NCBI GenBank assembly: GCA_049968235.1
Contig: JBMFRC010000001.1
Location: 160,001 to 224,000 of the forward strand
Source: Candidatus Hydrogenedens sp.
GTDB lineage: Bacteria > Hydrogenedentota > Hydrogenedentia > Hydrogenedentales > Hydrogenedentaceae
Direction of reading: 5' to 3'
Length of the DNA stretch: 64,000 nucleotides
The position numbers were made by a program, and so were the translations under genes. Positions 9,313-20,600 of this stretch are shown piece by piece. The number at the start of each line of letters is the position of its first letter. Positions within the stretch are counted from its first letter, which is position 1. The notes beneath the pieces were generated by a model. The model did not search any database. It was not told the DNA's origin and saw only the letters and a program-made list of their open reading frames with translations.

Positions 9313-12279
9313 ATGGAACAACGGATTGGTTTTTGTTTTTTTGTATTTTTTATTTTTTTTGTTGGTTTGTTTGTATGGAGTAGTGCAGAGGTATCGGAAC
9401 TGGATTATGCAACTTCGCTGATTCGGTTTCCCGGACCGTGGCAATTTCAATTGCCTAAGGCAGGCATTATATTAGTGCGGGATGACGAACTGGATGCGTT
9501 ATGCAATCCTGACGCTGAGATTAATATAAGCGTTACTCGTGAGCCAAACATTACTACATTGCGAAAAATTTGTGAGAATGCTCAGGCAAGAGGTGTACGC
9601 ACTTTAACCATTGCATTTGACCATTTTTTTGCTCAGTACCGTCCCGGACAAAACAAACCCCGTGAATGGACACCGGATAAATCGGAGTATATTGAACGAA
9701 TAGCGAAGATAAGCCAATTCGCTCAGTCGTATGGGTTAGGTCTGGATTTAAGTTTTCTCACGCCTCTGGAATTAGGCACTGAATATCGTAAAGAAACGGG
9801 GGAATGTGGGGTATGGATGCATTTTGGGAAAGGGTTGCGGGACCCTGAAACGGGGAAATACAGTGTAGAATTGTGGAGACAGGAACGGTGGGCAAATAAT
9901 AAAGGTCCTATTGATGTTGAGTTTGCCGGAGTTCGAGTATTTGCGTTCAATGAAAATTCTTATGGGAGGCAATATAAGGTTGTTGCTCCCAACCAAATGG
10001 TAGAAATCAGCGAAACTGCACAAATTGAGGAATATCCATCGTTAAAGACAAACCATGGTGATTTCACTGCTACACGAATTCGAATTTATGGTAGTGGTGC
10101 AGTGGACAAGACGAAAGGGAACCGAATACTGGTCGTTGTTCATTATAAAACACCGGAAATGGATTATTTTAGCGACCATGCCTTAACCTACTTACAATCT
10201 TTGTGTGATAAATATATTAGTGCTGGTGTCAAAATTAATGCTCTCTATTCCGATGAGATGCATATACAGCAGGATTGGGCTTATTTTAATCATCATGATT
10301 TAGGTTCTTTTGCATTGCGTTATGTTAGTCCGGGGTTTCAAAAAGCCTTTGCTCAAAAATATGGTGAACAATATGCTGACCTTGCCCCTTATATGATTTA
10401 TTTTGTGCAGGGACAGGATGTATTTTCCAATGACCTTTTCGCTCATGAACCTATACAGCATATAATGTTACCGGGGACTGAGGGTATAATGAAAACGGTT
10501 TTGTTCCGGGCTCAATACTATCACTTCTTACAGAATGGTGTCGTTGACCTGTTTACTCAAGCCAAAAAATATCTTGAACAAAAAGTAGGATACAAGTTAG
10601 AAGCACGGGCTCATGCAACATGGGCAGAAAGTCCCACCTGTGATTTATGGCGGACAGAACGATGTCTGTATCGATTAAATTATGTTTATGAATATACATC
10701 TAATTTTATGTGGTCTAACACGGTTCATCAAGCGAGTTCCGCCTGTTATGATTATTTCAAGTGGGGTGATTTTTTAACAGGCAATGGGAATGATACCGCA
10801 GAAGGAGGTTTTCTCGACCGTAATTATTATGGTCTAGCTTTAGGGGCTTCTACCGGTGTAATTAATGATGTCCCGAACTCTTACTCTGCTCATTGGGGTA
10901 TGCCTCATGAAATTGCAGACCGACGGCAGGCAGTTTGCGATGTATATGGGAATGCCCCCTGGTTACCTTTTGCACTGGTAGAAGATTATGAACATCGCGA
11001 TACCGATGTTTTATTCTTATATCCCATTGACCTTGTCGCTTTTGATGAACGCTTCGGTAGTTTAACCATTCAATACGGCTATGGGAATTATATCACTGCG
11101 GAAAAACTTCTCGAATTAGGCTCTTTTGATAATGGTATTTGTCGTATTAAAAACCGTTCTTATAAAACATTAGTAGCATTATTTGAACCTACTCCGCCAG
11201 AAGGGCTTGTAGAAAAATTATCCTCTTTTGTAGAACATGGTGGGAACTTAATCTGGATAGGACCACCTCCTTACTTTGACTTTGCTGGAAATCCCATCCT
11301 TGATAAGTGGCAAAACTTGATGGGACTTAACTATCATCCTTCGCGGTTTTGCGGTTATTCTGCGGTTGGAATGGATATAGAATTTACAGGACCTCTTGCC
11401 CAATTATCACCTATGACTATATTAACCGATTTTCCCATAGATTCTATCTATCCTGTACAACCTCTTGAAAATACAACAACAATTGCAACATGCAAAGGAA
11501 ATATTGTTGGAACATATAAAGAGATACAAAAAGGCAAAGCAGTATTTTTAGGCTTCCGTCCACGGGACAATCAAAGTGCCAGTCTGGGAAAAGAAACTCG
11601 CTGGTTATTTGATATTTTATCTGCAATGAACGCATATCCACCTTCCGGTGTTTTTAACGGATATAATGATAATCCAGACTATTTATCGCGAAATAATCCT
11701 TATATGTTTTCCCGTTTCCCCAATGGAACTATCGCCGTGGCACCTCATTATAAGGATATTGAAGAGGGATGGGAAGGAGGTTTTGCTCGAAATCGTGGAA
11801 AAGATGAACAAATAGTCAAGGAACTAAACTTAAAACCTAATGTGATAGAATTGCAAGACTTTAAAGTTTGGGGGCATACCGTTACCTATCAAGGGAATAG
11901 AGCCATGGCATTCCGAATTGTGGATGGAAATCTACTTGCTTTTACAGGAGCCGGCTCAAAAGAGATATATATTGATGGACAAACTTTTACTTTTGCGGAC
12001 AATCCTGTGCACCACATTGCATGGGCTCCCGTTCCTCAAAACCGTTATGTTGAAAACGGAGCCGTTGCTATAGTTTTCGCAAATGGGAACGGTAATATTT
12101 ATATTCCATTCAAAGCACCTCAAAGTAAACCTTTTGAGATTATCGCAGAAGGGGCAACACCGGGAAGTACCGGTGAGAAAATACCTTTTGAATATTTAGA
12201 AACAGAAGGAATACTTACAATAGCCCTAACTCCTAATTCGCTCAACAGACTTCTGTATATAGTTCCATTGTCCCAATAA
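9313..12279 (+). CDS. Large secreted hypothetical protein (988 aa), possibly glycoside-hydrolase-like
   Basis: N-terminal signal/TM (FCFFVFFIFFVGLFVWSSA). I recognise no domain with certainty. Some segments resemble TIM-barrel GH folds and a GH42-like trimerisation or class I amidotransferase-like domain (LVALFEPTPPEGLVEKLSSFVEHGGNLIWIG). That resemblance is speculative. Confidence 0.6.
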   Translation: MEQRIGFCFFVFFIFFVGLFVWSSAEVSELDYATSLIRFPGPWQFQLPKAGIILVRDDELDALCNPDAEINISVTREPNITTLRKICENAQARGVRTLTIAFDHFFAQYRPGQNKPREWTPDKSEYIERIAKISQFAQSYGLGLDLSFLTPLELGTEYRKETGECGVWMHFGKGLRDPETGKYSVELWRQERWANNKGPIDVEFAGVRVFAFNENSYGRQYKVVAPNQMVEISETAQIEEYPSLKTNHGDFTATRIRIYGSGAVDKTKGNRILVVVHYKTPEMDYFSDHALTYLQSLCDKYISAGVKINALYSDEMHIQQDWAYFNHHDLGSFALRYVSPGFQKAFAQKYGEQYADLAPYMIYFVQGQDVFSNDLFAHEPIQHIMLPGTEGIMKTVLFRAQYYHFLQNGVVDLFTQAKKYLEQKVGYKLEARAHATWAESPTCDLWRTERCLYRLNYVYEYTSNFMWSNTVHQASSACYDYFKWGDFLTGNGNDTAEGGFLDRNYYGLALGASTGVINDVPNSYSAHWGMPHEIADRRQAVCDVYGNAPWLPFALVEDYEHRDTDVLFLYPIDLVAFDERFGSLTIQYGYGNYITAEKLLELGSFDNGICRIKNRSYKTLVALFEPTPPEGLVEKLSSFVEHGGNLIWIGPPPYFDFAGNPILDKWQNLMGLNYHPSRFCGYSAVGMDIEFTGPLAQLSPMTILTDFPIDSIYPVQPLENTTTIATCKGNIVGTYKEIQKGKAVFLGFRPRDNQSASLGKETRWLFDILSAMNAYPPSGVFNGYNDNPDYLSRNNPYMFSRFPNGTIAVAPHYKDIEEGWEGGFARNRGKDEQIVKELNLKPNVIELQDFKVWGHTVTYQGNRAMAFRIVDGNLLAFTGAGSKEIYIDGQTFTFADNPVHHIAWAPVPQNRYVENGAVAIVFANGNGNIYIPFKAPQSKPFEIIAEGATPGSTGEKIPFEYLETEGILTIALTPNSLNRLLYIVPLSQ

Positions 12280-12280
12280 T

Positions 12281-13102
12281 ATGCTTATACAAAAGTTAAA
12301 AGATTCTATTCCTAAAATATTTTTAGACCCCGACTGGCTCCTTGCATGGAAAAATATACTGCTACCTACCTATTGTATTCATTGCGATAGTCGTTTAATA
12401 ACAGAAGAAAATCCTTTTTATTGTCCAACATGCTGGGCAAGTCTGCCCCGTATTGAAAGACCCTTCTGTTCTATTTGTGGAATTCCCCATCCCATTGCAA
12501 TAGGTTTCGGAACACGCTCCAATTTTCCTTGCGAAAGTTGTAGATTTCATCCGAATCCCTATATAGACAGGATACAAAGCCCTCTCCAGTATAAAGGGAT
12601 TGCCCGTGATGCATTAATCACATTTAAGTTCAAAAAAGAACAACTTATGGCAGACCCGCTGGGAGCATTGCTTCGCGAATGGGTCGAAACAGAAATGGCA
12701 GAGGAACATTTTGATTTAATCATTCCCGTACCTTTACACCCATTTCGGCTCCATCGTAGAGGCTTTAACCAATCGCTCCTGCTTGCAGAACAAATTGTTA
12801 ACTTATTCGATGGTGCTATTTTATCCGAAGCACTCATCCGTGTTCGTCCTACATTAACTCAGACCTTACTTACCGTTGAGGAACGGAAGAAAAATATTCG
12901 TAATGCTTTTCAGGTGCGTAACCCTAATGAGGTAAAAGGGAAAAAGATATTGCTTGTTGACGATATTGTAACAACATCTGCTACAGTTACGGAATGTGCT
13001 CGTGTGTTAAAAAAGAACGGTGCCGTATCTATTTATGTTTTATCTGTGGCAAGGGCTTCACATTTACCTGATATAGATGATGTACTGGAACCTGTAATGT
13101 AA
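12281..13102 (+). CDS. comFC: ComF family protein / phosphoribosyltransferase (ComFC)
   Basis: N-terminal Cys4 zinc finger (CIHCDSRL ... CPTCW ... CSICG ... CESC). The C-terminal PRTase motif is ILLVDDIVTTSATV. Confidence 0.8.
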   Translation: MLIQKLKDSIPKIFLDPDWLLAWKNILLPTYCIHCDSRLITEENPFYCPTCWASLPRIERPFCSICGIPHPIAIGFGTRSNFPCESCRFHPNPYIDRIQSPLQYKGIARDALITFKFKKEQLMADPLGALLREWVETEMAEEHFDLIIPVPLHPFRLHRRGFNQSLLLAEQIVNLFDGAILSEALIRVRPTLTQTLLTVEERKKNIRNAFQVRNPNEVKGKKILLVDDIVTTSATVTECARVLKKNGAVSIYVLSVARASHLPDIDDVLEPVM

Positions 13103-13181
13103 ATCTATTCCCTGCGAACCTATAATGCACTACTACTATCCAATCCATTAAAATTAAATAAAATATAATTTAGATACTAAA

Positions 13182-14222
13182 ATGGAAATACATCAAAAGG
13201 ACATATCAAAAATTCTTATTATTCGTTTAAGTGCCATCGGAGATGTAATTCGAGTTATCCCTGTAATGGAAGCCATTCGAATTGCCTATCCCGATGCACA
13301 AATCGATTGGGTTGTTGAAAAAAAAGCCAGTGATGTAATTAACGGGCATCCTGCTTTAAATAACTGTATCGTTTTTGAACGCAGTGATAATATCTTCTCG
13401 TCATTAAAAAAATTTTTAACATTATGCAAAGAAATAAAAGAGAACCATTATGACCTCACTATTGATTTTCATGGTATCCTGAAGAGTGGAATTATTTCTT
13501 TTTTTTCCAGGGCGCCCTATCGGTTCTCTTTTGCACCTCCTCGGGCTCAGGAATTCAGTCATTTATTTGCCAACTATCAGGTAGCATTGCCTCCGGATAA
13601 AATCCTAACACGGGTAGAAGAAAATTTTATGCTTGCGCATGTTGTAGGAGTTGAAAAAATAGACGATTGGATAGGTATGTTTATTCCAATTGAAATTGAG
13701 GAAGAAATTCAGAACCTCATGCAGAAGATTTGTGAAACAAACAAAAAACTAATTGTAATTCATCCCCCTGTGGAACGACCTGAAAAGCAGTGGCCCCTTG
13801 GACATTTTGCACGACTTGCAGACCTGCTTATTGCAGACGGTAGGTTTGAAGTCTTATTTACATGGGGTCCCGGGCAACTTAATACCATCAAACAAATAAC
13901 AAAACAGATGCAATACCCCGTTCTTGTATCCCCGCAATTACCCACATTAAAACATTTAGCAAGTATAATTAATTATTCATCTGTTTTTATCTCCGGAGAC
14001 ACGGGACCCATGCATTTAGCGTGGTTATTACAACAGCCTGCAATTTGCCTTTTTGGAGGAACAAATCCTCAACAACACGCACCTCAGGGTCCACACTTTC
14101 GCGTACTTTATAAAGGACCGATCCCATTCCCACCCAAAATGTCAATATCTCAGGCACAGGAATACTTAAAAGAAATCACACCCGACGAAGTCTTTAAAAG
14201 TGTATTAGAATTAATAAGATAA
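13182..14222 (+). CDS. Glycosyltransferase family 9 (LPS heptosyltransferase-like)
   Basis: N-terminus ILIIRLSAIGDVIRVIPVMEAIRIAYP and the motif SGDTGPMHLA are both typical of GT9. Confidence 0.75.
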   Translation: MEIHQKDISKILIIRLSAIGDVIRVIPVMEAIRIAYPDAQIDWVVEKKASDVINGHPALNNCIVFERSDNIFSSLKKFLTLCKEIKENHYDLTIDFHGILKSGIISFFSRAPYRFSFAPPRAQEFSHLFANYQVALPPDKILTRVEENFMLAHVVGVEKIDDWIGMFIPIEIEEEIQNLMQKICETNKKLIVIHPPVERPEKQWPLGHFARLADLLIADGRFEVLFTWGPGQLNTIKQITKQMQYPVLVSPQLPTLKHLASIINYSSVFISGDTGPMHLAWLLQQPAICLFGGTNPQQHAPQGPHFRVLYKGPIPFPPKMSISQAQEYLKEITPDEVFKSVLELIR

Positions 14223-14324
14223 AGTGTCTTTTTACTCTAAGAAAAAAATGTTTTAACATAATTTATATTTAGAATTACTGTTTGTTATTTAAAAAATAAC
14301 GAGAAAAACAAAAAGGAGCCTCCT

Positions 14325-15545
14325 ATGAAAATCGCTATTACTTCAGATATTCATTTGGGAGATAATAATTCGAAACTCAACATGAATTCATCGGGGAATG
14401 ACATATTTTACAAATTCATGGAATTACTTTATGAGCACCCTCACCGGGGTCCAATTGATTATTTAATACTCAATGGAGATATTTTGGATTTTTCTATAAA
14501 TTCTTTTGAGAACTCATGCAACACTGCCAAAAAATTCTTCCGGGAAATTAAAAATACCCAAAAAGAAGGGCGAGATATTGTAAAGGAAATTATATACATT
14601 CCCGGTAATCATGATAAACATATATGGGATGCCGTTGAATGGGAAGTAAGTGTCATCAGGAGATTAAAAAAACATAAAGATGTCAAACCATTTAAAAGGA
14701 CACAACCGGGTATTATAGATTTATCAACAAATTCAGGGGACAAAAGATTAATATTACCCGGAGTAAGATACGTTGAAAGAAAAAGTAGATACGGAGACCT
14801 TTTTTTAGAAGGACTTTTCCAAGATGTAAATAACAAATTGCCCATAAATATAGTATATCCAAATCTCTATATCAAGGTAAATAACAGCATATATATAGTT
14901 ACTCATGGTCATATGTTTGACACGCCCTGGGTTTTATTATCTGAACTTTTAGAGGGTTGGGAAAATATTAAATGCACTGAGATTCAACATTTTGAGGAGT
15001 ACAATTATCCTCTTACATCTATGATTTGCACAGGTGTTGGGCAAGGAGGAGATGTTTTTGAATTACTTTACAGAATACTAATTGATATAAGAGAAAATAA
15101 AAAAACAACAAGGCTTGAACATACACTTGCTTATATGTTATCCCGATTATCAAAAAATTTAGGGGAAAATAAGTTCTTAGCCTTACTTAAATCCCAAAAA
15201 GTAGATACTTTTATCACTAAGATAATAATTGGATATTTTCTTAGAGGAAAGGGTATAGAAAATCCAAGAAACAATAAACAATATTTTGATATACAAAAGA
15301 ATTCAAATAAGAAAGAACGGTTGAAAAAATTTTACGAGGCAAGTTTTAATCAATTAAAACATATATCCGAGAATAATGAACAAGATAATTTTAAAAAAAT
15401 CAGTATTATCTTCGGACATACGCATATTGCTAATAAAGCTATTAAAAAAGATACCCTTTCATTGGATGGCATTAATTTAGATATATACAACACAGGGGGG
15501 GTGGTTAAAAGATACGGAAACAGGTGCAGAGATTTTCTTTTTTAA
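14325..15545 (+). CDS. Metallophosphoesterase (calcineurin-like), atypical long form. The gene is AT-rich.
   Basis: Motifs DIHLGD, GNHD and GHTH are present. In my samples the gene GC is about 30-32%, against about 44% in neighbouring genes. The protein is rich in K/N/I. Confidence 0.7.
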   Translation: MKIAITSDIHLGDNNSKLNMNSSGNDIFYKFMELLYEHPHRGPIDYLILNGDILDFSINSFENSCNTAKKFFREIKNTQKEGRDIVKEIIYIPGNHDKHIWDAVEWEVSVIRRLKKHKDVKPFKRTQPGIIDLSTNSGDKRLILPGVRYVERKSRYGDLFLEGLFQDVNNKLPINIVYPNLYIKVNNSIYIVTHGHMFDTPWVLLSELLEGWENIKCTEIQHFEEYNYPLTSMICTGVGQGGDVFELLYRILIDIRENKKTTRLEHTLAYMLSRLSKNLGENKFLALLKSQKVDTFITKIIIGYFLRGKGIENPRNNKQYFDIQKNSNKKERLKKFYEASFNQLKHISENNEQDNFKKISIIFGHTHIANKAIKKDTLSLDGINLDIYNTGGVVKRYGNRCRDFLF

Positions 15546-15589
15546 TGACAACGGCGAATTAACAAGTGAAAATATTAATGAGTATATGA

Positions 15590-16573
15590 TTAAATAAAAT
15601 GTTCATAACCTTTAATGGTAGGTTCAGCCCCATCGATACGGACACCTTTCCATTCATCCGTTACATAACCAATTGCAGTTAGCGAACATAAAAATTTTCG
15701 ATTAAATTTAGAACATGTTTGTTCCCAACTTTCCTTCGGAATAGTAACAAGTAATTGATATTCCTCTCCCCCACCAAGAGTAAAATTATCCATTTCAAGA
15801 TTGTATGTTCTGCAAAATTCCGTCAGTTCTTTTGAAACAGGTATATCCGATTTGCAGATATTTATTCCTACATGTGACATTTCTGCAATATGTTCTGCAT
15901 CTGAAATCAATCCGTCACTTATATCAATCATAGCGTTTACTTTGCCCTTTGCACACAACCATTTTCCTTCCTGCACACGCGGTATGGGGTACCAATGGGA
16001 ACGCCACAAAGCAGGAACGGGTAATTTTCGTAACAACGCTAATAATCCCGCCGACGAATTGCCCAATGTACCTGTAACAGCAAGAATATCTCCCGGTTTA
16101 GCACCGGAACGGGTAACAAATTTTTTTCGTTCAACCTCACCCACAACAGTTACATCAATAACAATACTATTGTTAGAGGAAGTAGTCGTATCTCCGCCAA
16201 TAATTGCACCATTTACAAATTTCGTTGCTTCTAACATCCCTCTATATATACTTTCTACCCTTTGCACAGAAATACTTTCTGGAAGAGCCAGAGAAACCAC
16301 TGCCCATCGAGGTTGTCCTCCCATTCCAGCAATATCGCTCCATGCAGATGCCATCGCTTTCCAGCCTATTGCAAATGGAGGAAAACCTTCTGTTAAAAAA
16401 TGTATATTTTCCACAGACATATCGGATGAAATTAGAAGGGAAGAAGAACCTATTTTCACCACAGCACAATCATCACCAATTGCTACCACAACATTTTTTC
16501 CGCCCGTTCTGGGAATGAGAGATTCTACTCTCTTTATGAATGATAATTCGCCTATATCTTTTAATCTAATCAT
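15590..16573 (-). CDS. thiL: Thiamine-monophosphate kinase
   Basis: AIR-synthase-related fold. The N-terminus after the preferred start, MIRLKDIGELSFIKRV...AIGDDCAVV, matches the ThiL consensus. The track ORF extends to 16618. Either start overlaps the upstream nnr-like gene by at least 8 nt. Confidence 0.8.
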   Translation of the reverse strand: MIRLKDIGELSFIKRVESLIPRTGGKNVVVAIGDDCAVVKIGSSSLLISSDMSVENIHFLTEGFPPFAIGWKAMASAWSDIAGMGGQPRWAVVSLALPESISVQRVESIYRGMLEATKFVNGAIIGGDTTTSSNNSIVIDVTVVGEVERKKFVTRSGAKPGDILAVTGTLGNSSAGLLALLRKLPVPALWRSHWYPIPRVQEGKWLCAKGKVNAMIDISDGLISDAEHIAEMSHVGINICKSDIPVSKELTEFCRTYNLEMDNFTLGGGEEYQLLVTIPKESWEQTCSKFNRKFLCSLTAIGYVTDEWKGVRIDGAEPTIKGYEHFI

Positions 16574-17480
16574 AAGGTTGTGGATCCAACTCCCTCCACA
16601 CCTGATGTAAAAAATCAAACAAATCGCCTGCTGTCATGCTCCGTGGATGTAATGCCTGTTCAGCAAGGTCTCCTGCTCTTCCGTGGAGCCACACACCTAA
16701 TTGGCTGGCATGATACGGAGACATACCCTGGGCTACAAGTCCCGCAATAAGCCCTGCAAGAACATCGCCTGTGCCACCTTTGGATAAACCATGCCCTCCC
16801 GTCGTATTTATAGCATACGCTCCATCAGGATTTGCAATCACCGTATGGTATCCTTTCAAAACAACAACCACACCCATTTGCCTTGCAAAATCAATAGCAC
16901 ATTGTTCCCTATCCTGCTGTATTTCCTTTATGGATTTTTTAATCAATCGCGACATCTCCCCGGGGTGTGGAGTAAGAACAGGTGTTCCTTCACACATCCG
17001 CAAAATACCGGGATTATCACTTATGGCATTCAATCCGTCTGCATCAATTATAAGAGGGGCTTTTATTTGGGGTAATACCTTTTTAACAAAATTTATAGTA
17101 GATGGATGCTGACTTAATCCGGGTCCTAATAATACAGCATTTTTATCTTTTGAAAATTCAATTATTCTATCTGCTCCCTCTTCGGCAAATGTTCCTTCCT
17201 TCGTTGATGGTAATGGGTAAAAAATAATTTCCATTAAACTACTTGCGATAACATCTATAACAGTAGCGGGAACAGCCAATGTAACTAATCCTACCCCGGA
17301 ATGCATTCCCGCATAGGCAGAAAGTTTCCCTGCACCGGTATAATACCGTGAACCTGCAATAACAAGAAGATGCCCAAACCTGCCCTTATGGTCATGATTT
17401 GACCGTACTGGCAAAATCTTCTTTAAATCATCTATATTTATTAAATTATTCATAACTATATTTCCTGTCTTTATACCCAA
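16566..17480 (-). CDS. nnrD: ADP-dependent NAD(P)H-hydrate dehydratase (YjeF C-terminal domain)
   Basis: The motif GSRYYTGAGKLSAYAGMHSGVGLVT identifies the YjeF_C carbohydrate-kinase fold. The protein has only this single domain. Confidence 0.75.
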   Translation of the reverse strand: MGIKTGNIVMNNLINIDDLKKILPVRSNHDHKGRFGHLLVIAGSRYYTGAGKLSAYAGMHSGVGLVTLAVPATVIDVIASSLMEIIFYPLPSTKEGTFAEEGADRIIEFSKDKNAVLLGPGLSQHPSTINFVKKVLPQIKAPLIIDADGLNAISDNPGILRMCEGTPVLTPHPGEMSRLIKKSIKEIQQDREQCAIDFARQMGVVVVLKGYHTVIANPDGAYAINTTGGHGLSKGGTGDVLAGLIAGLVAQGMSPYHASQLGVWLHGRAGDLAEQALHPRSMTAGDLFDFLHQVWRELDPQPYD

Positions 17481-17685
17481 TTATAAAACATATATTATTA
17501 CCCAGATAAACTCCAACAATAATCGTTATACTATTACAAATATTTTTTTATCCTGCTCAATTTTATGATTATTCCTTATTCATTGTCCATTATTTTCCTA
17601 TGCGAATTTTTTGAGGTTATCTGCTTCCCTTGCCGTTAATAAATTGTACTTTTATTTATGAGAATAATCGAAGGGGAAATGAGTT

Positions 17686-20600
17686 TTACTGCATGTATCC
17701 GGTGGCTTTTAACTGTTCAATTAGTTCCTGAGGTAAGGTTGTCTGTTCAGGTACTTTTTTATCAGTCTGTTCTTCTTTGTTTCTTTTCACCATATCCATT
17801 AACTGCAATAAATCCTGTTTTATAATTAAATAATCATTATTGGTGGACAGGTTATTTTTTTCTTTGGGGTCTTTTGATAAAACATACAGTTCTTCGGGTT
17901 TTAAGCCACGAGGATTGTCCGGATTGGCAAGGATAAGTTTTTGGTCTTTTCTTCGTATTGATTGCATAATTTGCCCTTCAGTCTCATTTTCCGCCCATGA
18001 AATAACTTCTTCGTGCTTTATGATTTTCCCATCCTTTGATAGTAAAGGTTTACCTGTAAATGTTTTGGGTTGCGTTATCCCGGCTATTTCTGTCAAAGTT
18101 GCGGATAAATCAATATGACGCACCAATCCCTCTACTTTTTGATTGGTATTAATCTCTTCAGCATAGACATCCGGAACTTTTATTATTAATGGGACATGTA
18201 GCATTTCTTGATATAGGGTAAAACCGTGCCACCAACCTTGATGGTCTTCAAATTCTTCTCCATGGTCAGCGGTAAAAATGACATAAGAATTACTTAAAAG
18301 ACCACGCTTCTCAAGTTCATTTAAAAACTTCCCAAAATATTTATCGAGATATTCAATTTCTGCAATATAGGCATCTCGCATAAGGGGAGTTAAATGACTT
18401 TTAGGAGTATTTCCTAATAAAGCACGAGGATAAAAAGTTTTTTTCTCCGGATGAAAATATGGGTCATGGGTATCCATATAATGAAGAACTAAATAGAAAG
18501 GATGCTCTTTAAACGAACGATTATCTATCCATTGCAAGGCTTCCGATGTTACAATCTCTGCGGGTTGATAATACTCTCGCACATCTGGTGGTTTGTTTAA
18601 TATTTTTAAAATAATTGATGAAATTTTTCCATAAACACGTCGCAGTATTTCGTAAATTGTTAACCTGGCACTGGAATCCCCGGCAAAAAATACCCGCTTC
18701 GGTTGTAATTCTGTATATTCAATAAAACCTTTATTAAAACCAAACAAGGAATGCACATTGGGATTATTTGCAAACCCTTTGGTAAGGTAACCATTTTGGG
18801 ACAGGACATCTGCCACAGTAGGCAAATTTGAATTAATAATGGCATTTTTGGTCGTTGCATAATGTTGTGATGGGATGACACCTGTATAAATCGAAGCAAA
18901 GGCTGGTTTTGTCCATGAAGAGTGAGAATTGCAATCTTTAAATAAAATAGATTTTTCTATAAATTTATCTAATTCAGGGGTCTTTGTCTCTATATCCGGG
19001 TTATATGCGGGTAAATAATCAGCCCGGAGTGCATCCGCAATAATGAGGATTATATTGGGTGAATTGGGATGAGCATCTGCAAGTGAAACCCGATTTTCTT
19101 TTTTCCCTCCTGATGGAACAATAGATATATAGCATGCACCCAGAAAAAAAGGTAAGAAAAGACATAGAATAATTACGACATAAAAAAACTTTTTTGACCT
19201 GCGAGATAGGTAAAATAAAACGATATAAAATACTGCTGAAAAAATAAGCATAATCCCTAAGTAATAACAACTTAATGGTAGGAATACCTGATATGAAACA
19301 GGTTTCTGGAGTAAAATATCCCGCCAATATCGCCATAGAACCAGAACAAATCCGGTGGATAACAATGTTGCAGATACAGAAACTACATAGATAAAAAGTG
19401 AAGAGGGAAATTTTTTTATCAAGAGAGGGAACCATCCTCCTATAAAAATCCCTATACCTAACCCGATACCTGCGCAGGTTATACCATACATTAAAGGTCC
19501 CCACCACAGCATTTGATATTCATGAAGGTTTGTAAATTTGTATATTATCCATAAAGATTCTACAAACCCACAGAACGCTCCTGCAGAAAAACCACCGATT
19601 ATCCCATATAAAAGATTCCTAAAAATCTGATTCCGCATTGCAAGTAATTCCTGAGGGTTGAATTGTTGTGGCAAGCCCGTTGTAAAAGTAGCCTGCGATT
19701 GGATATTAGACATCTGTTTCTGTATTTCTTCTTTTTGGGGTCGCTTCCGCAAGACAAGGAAAGGAAGACCTATCAGAAAAGGAATCACATCTCCAATCCA
19801 CCAGCCTAAATGAGCAAAAGCAACTACCTTCAATGTGTTTTCTTTTCCCCCTAATAATGTGGCAAATACAATTTCACGAATCCCTTCTCCACCGACCGAA
19901 GGTCCCAAAACAGTTCCATAAATCATCAACGGACTTGCAAATAACACATCCCACAAACTTGTATTTTCAGAACGCAATGCCATCATTGTCCCGAAATACA
20001 TAAGACAAGCACTTAGATGAACAAATAAACCACATAATATCGCCAGTAATAAATATTTGCGGTGTCCAGCATAAGCAGTAGCGGAACTCCCTAATCGATT
20101 TAAGATATTCTTAATTTTTTTAGGTATTGGAACCGCATATAAAATAATCTGAATAATATAAGGCTGGAGTAACAGAGATAAGAAAAAAAGCACAGCAAAC
20201 CCCAAAATCATCAGAATAATTATAAGAAATAGCGTGTTAAACCGCAGTAAACGAAATCCGAGTGGAAAGGTCAAAAACACAAGTGTTGTCAGTGATATAA
20301 ATCCAATAATTTTTTCAATAAATATAACCGTAGCACAACGGATAACATCGCCTGTATATCTTACAGAATCATACAAGCGATAACCATCTAGACCAATTGT
20401 ACTGGGAAGGAAAATGCCAATGGTTCTGCCAATAAACCAACTTTGAGTCATATAAGTGAACGGCATGTATAAATTCTGACCGTTTAACAGGATTTTCCAT
20501 CGGACAACTCCACTCATAATCCCAGCCAGGCGTATAAGTAATGCAAATAAAACCCATGGAAGAGCATGGGATAAATTTAATGAACGGATTTCATTGATTA

